Assembly (NCBI RefSeq): GCF_964204645.1
Contig: NC_134029.1
Span: 13,170,850-13,234,849, forward strand
Reading direction: 5' to 3'
Length of the DNA: 64,000 nucleotides
From: Tubulanus polymorphus
Taxonomy: Eukaryota; Animalia; Nemertea
This document shows, one piece after another, positions 62,090 through 64,000 of the stretch. Numbering within the stretch: the first letter of the stretch is position 1; the number at the start of each line of letters is the position of its first letter. A program made the translations under genes and the position numbers. The notes beneath the pieces were generated by a model, which ran no database searches, was not told the DNA's origin, and worked only from the letters and a program-made list of their open reading frames with translations.

Positions 62090-64000
62090 TTAACACGTTA
62101 GATTTCTTTTCATTATCTCGTTCTCTTTTGTTTCTTCTCTTTTAAATATTACGTATTCATCTAAATTACAACCATAAGCAACTGTATGAATTCCATCATC
62201 TAAAATATATCTTTTATCATCAAATGGGTTTAGACTTATCTTTTCAATTTCTTCAATAAACATTTCATGATCTTCAGATCTTAATCATCTCATCTTATGT
62301 TTTCTAACTTCTTCATTGAATATACAATTGATGTAATCTTTGAAATGAATATTCGTTTCTACTACACTTTTGGTTATTCCTTTTAACTTTTTAGCTTCAT
62401 GTTCTTTAGTTTTATATGAATACATTTTAGATCTAATACCGATGAATTCAATCATTTCTTCGCCACCTAATTCATCCTTAAACTTCCCGGGAACTTTTTT
62501 ATTATCATTGCTAAACAATTCATGATTTTTAGGATAATTACTGAAATCAAAATGATGTTTTAATGTTTTTAAATCATCTGTTATGTTATTAGTTTTTATC
62601 TTTAATATGTAAGAATCGGTATCAAAATATAGTATTTCTACATGTTTTTCTCCAAAAAGTGGTTGTAATACATTATAATAGAATTCATACATTAGTAATT
62701 TTGATAATTCTAAAACTGAAGCACCAACATAGATTGGTTTATAAATTTCATTGATGTTCTTCTCATTTTAACTGCAGCTAAATTTTCATCAAATATTCTG
62801 TTACCAATGAACTTAAGATATGATTGTAAATGCCTTATCCTTTTACCATTACTAACTAACTCAATATCATTTCTATTTGTAAAATTTTCACAAGTCTTAC
62901 CATAGAATGCATTATTCATTAACTTGAAGAAATCTTTCTCGAAATCACTTTTAGCTTCAGTTCTCTGTTTGGTGTTAAAATCTATATATTTTTCTAACCA
63001 CTTAGATTGACTAAATGAAATATATCTTTGTACTTTTTTAGAATCATTCCTTGATTCAAATAAAACTTTAACATTCTATAATGTACTACATGATTATATT
63101 TATCTTCTTGAGTTACCATTAACTTTTCTGTATGAATGTGATTTTCGGGTTTAATTCTTTTTTGGTAATTTGATAATTCTTCATGAGTTACAGTTTTATG
63201 TTCGGGGCAGTAAGCTAGATTTCTAGATTTAAATTTAATATGTTCAGGATATTCTAAGTCTACAACAAAGAAGTAACCAGTATCTGAATCATCTGCAATA
63301 TCTAGGATTCTTTTCTTCCAATCAAATTTATCATTATTTTCATTCTGTAAAACTTCAGTTAATTCAAATACTCCATAAGATTGTGGTTCCATCATTGCCC
63401 AACCATACAAATTATTTGCATCTATATATAATAACTTATATCCAGGGTTATCATTTACATTGAAATATCTATCCCCTAATACACCTGAAACACCTCCTCT
63501 TATAGATTTTTCAAATAATAGTAATTGATCTATATTTGTTAACAAATCCATTTTTATATCTGTAAATTTTAATCCACAATCCCATGTTAAACCTGGTGAT
63601 GAATAACAATGACAAGGATCAATGTTAAAATATTTTAGGTTTACATCTCTAAACCTTTCGAATATATCGGTTAATAATAATGCATCTGATTTTAAATATA
63701 TATCTACTAATTGCCCATGATTTTCTATTTTGAAATGATTCCAAATATTCAATGTTCTATTATAGACTTCATCTTTAACATATTCATTTTTTAATTCATC
63801 ATAGAATTGTTCTTTTAATAATTCAGTTATGTTAAAATCATAATGATTCTTATAAAATGAATATGGAATTGCTCCTTTATATCTCATTAATTGAAAATCA
63901 TCATTATTTGGGTAATGTTGCTTTAATATTTTTAATTCATCATCAACTAATGATTTTGATAAGTTATCTAATGAACTATTTAAAAATCTATATGAATCTA
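62090..64000 (-). pseudogene. polB: Protein-primed PolB, 3' half (continues beyond the window)
   Basis: [28 protein letters not shown]; frameshifts. Confidence 0.93.

Larger units (their letters stand above)
49420..64000. mobile_element. Endogenous Polinton/Maverick-like virus, copy 4 (most complete; PolB on the minus strand at the right end)
   Basis: HNH-X-Y-INT-ATPase on +; variable gene, MCP, membrane genes, penton, small ORF and PolB on -. Confidence 0.92.

Noticed and set aside
1-64000. Bacteriophage/prophage or an active intact virus
   Set aside because: Interspersed eukaryotic retroelements and a chromodomain integrase indicate a eukaryotic host; every PolB, integrase and MCP copy is disrupted.

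Overview
Eukaryotic (most likely invertebrate) genomic DNA. It is dominated by four co-oriented, decayed, non-identical copies of an AT-rich endogenous Polinton/Maverick-type virus: copy 1 at 1-6617, copy 2 at 6678-25861, copy 3 at ~32505-41970 and copy 4 at ~49420-64000. Together they encode a protein-primed PolB with vOTU-like and EndoVII-like inserts, a DDE integrase with chromodomain, an A32/FtsK packaging ATPase, probable major and minor capsid proteins, an NCLDV-type HNH nuclease, a zinc-finger protein and several membrane proteins. Host transposons interrupt and separate the copies: two Helentron/HINE-like elements (both in ATPase genes), a BEL/Pao fragment nested in a Penelope element, Gypsy and LINE fragments, a 3-kb long-TIR element, a MITE and tandem repeats. 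The most striking signal is that almost every viral gene starts at TAAATG (the poxvirus post-replicative initiator) directly after a stop codon plus T-run, suggesting a virophage-like Polinton transcribed by a pox/NCLDV-type helper. The copies also show gene-order shuffling at shared promoter sequences, swapped hypervariable domains, and an inverted iteron-like repeat region that co-varies with the zinc-finger gene. No Polinton terminal inverted repeats were found. All family calls are from motif recognition by eye, not database searches.
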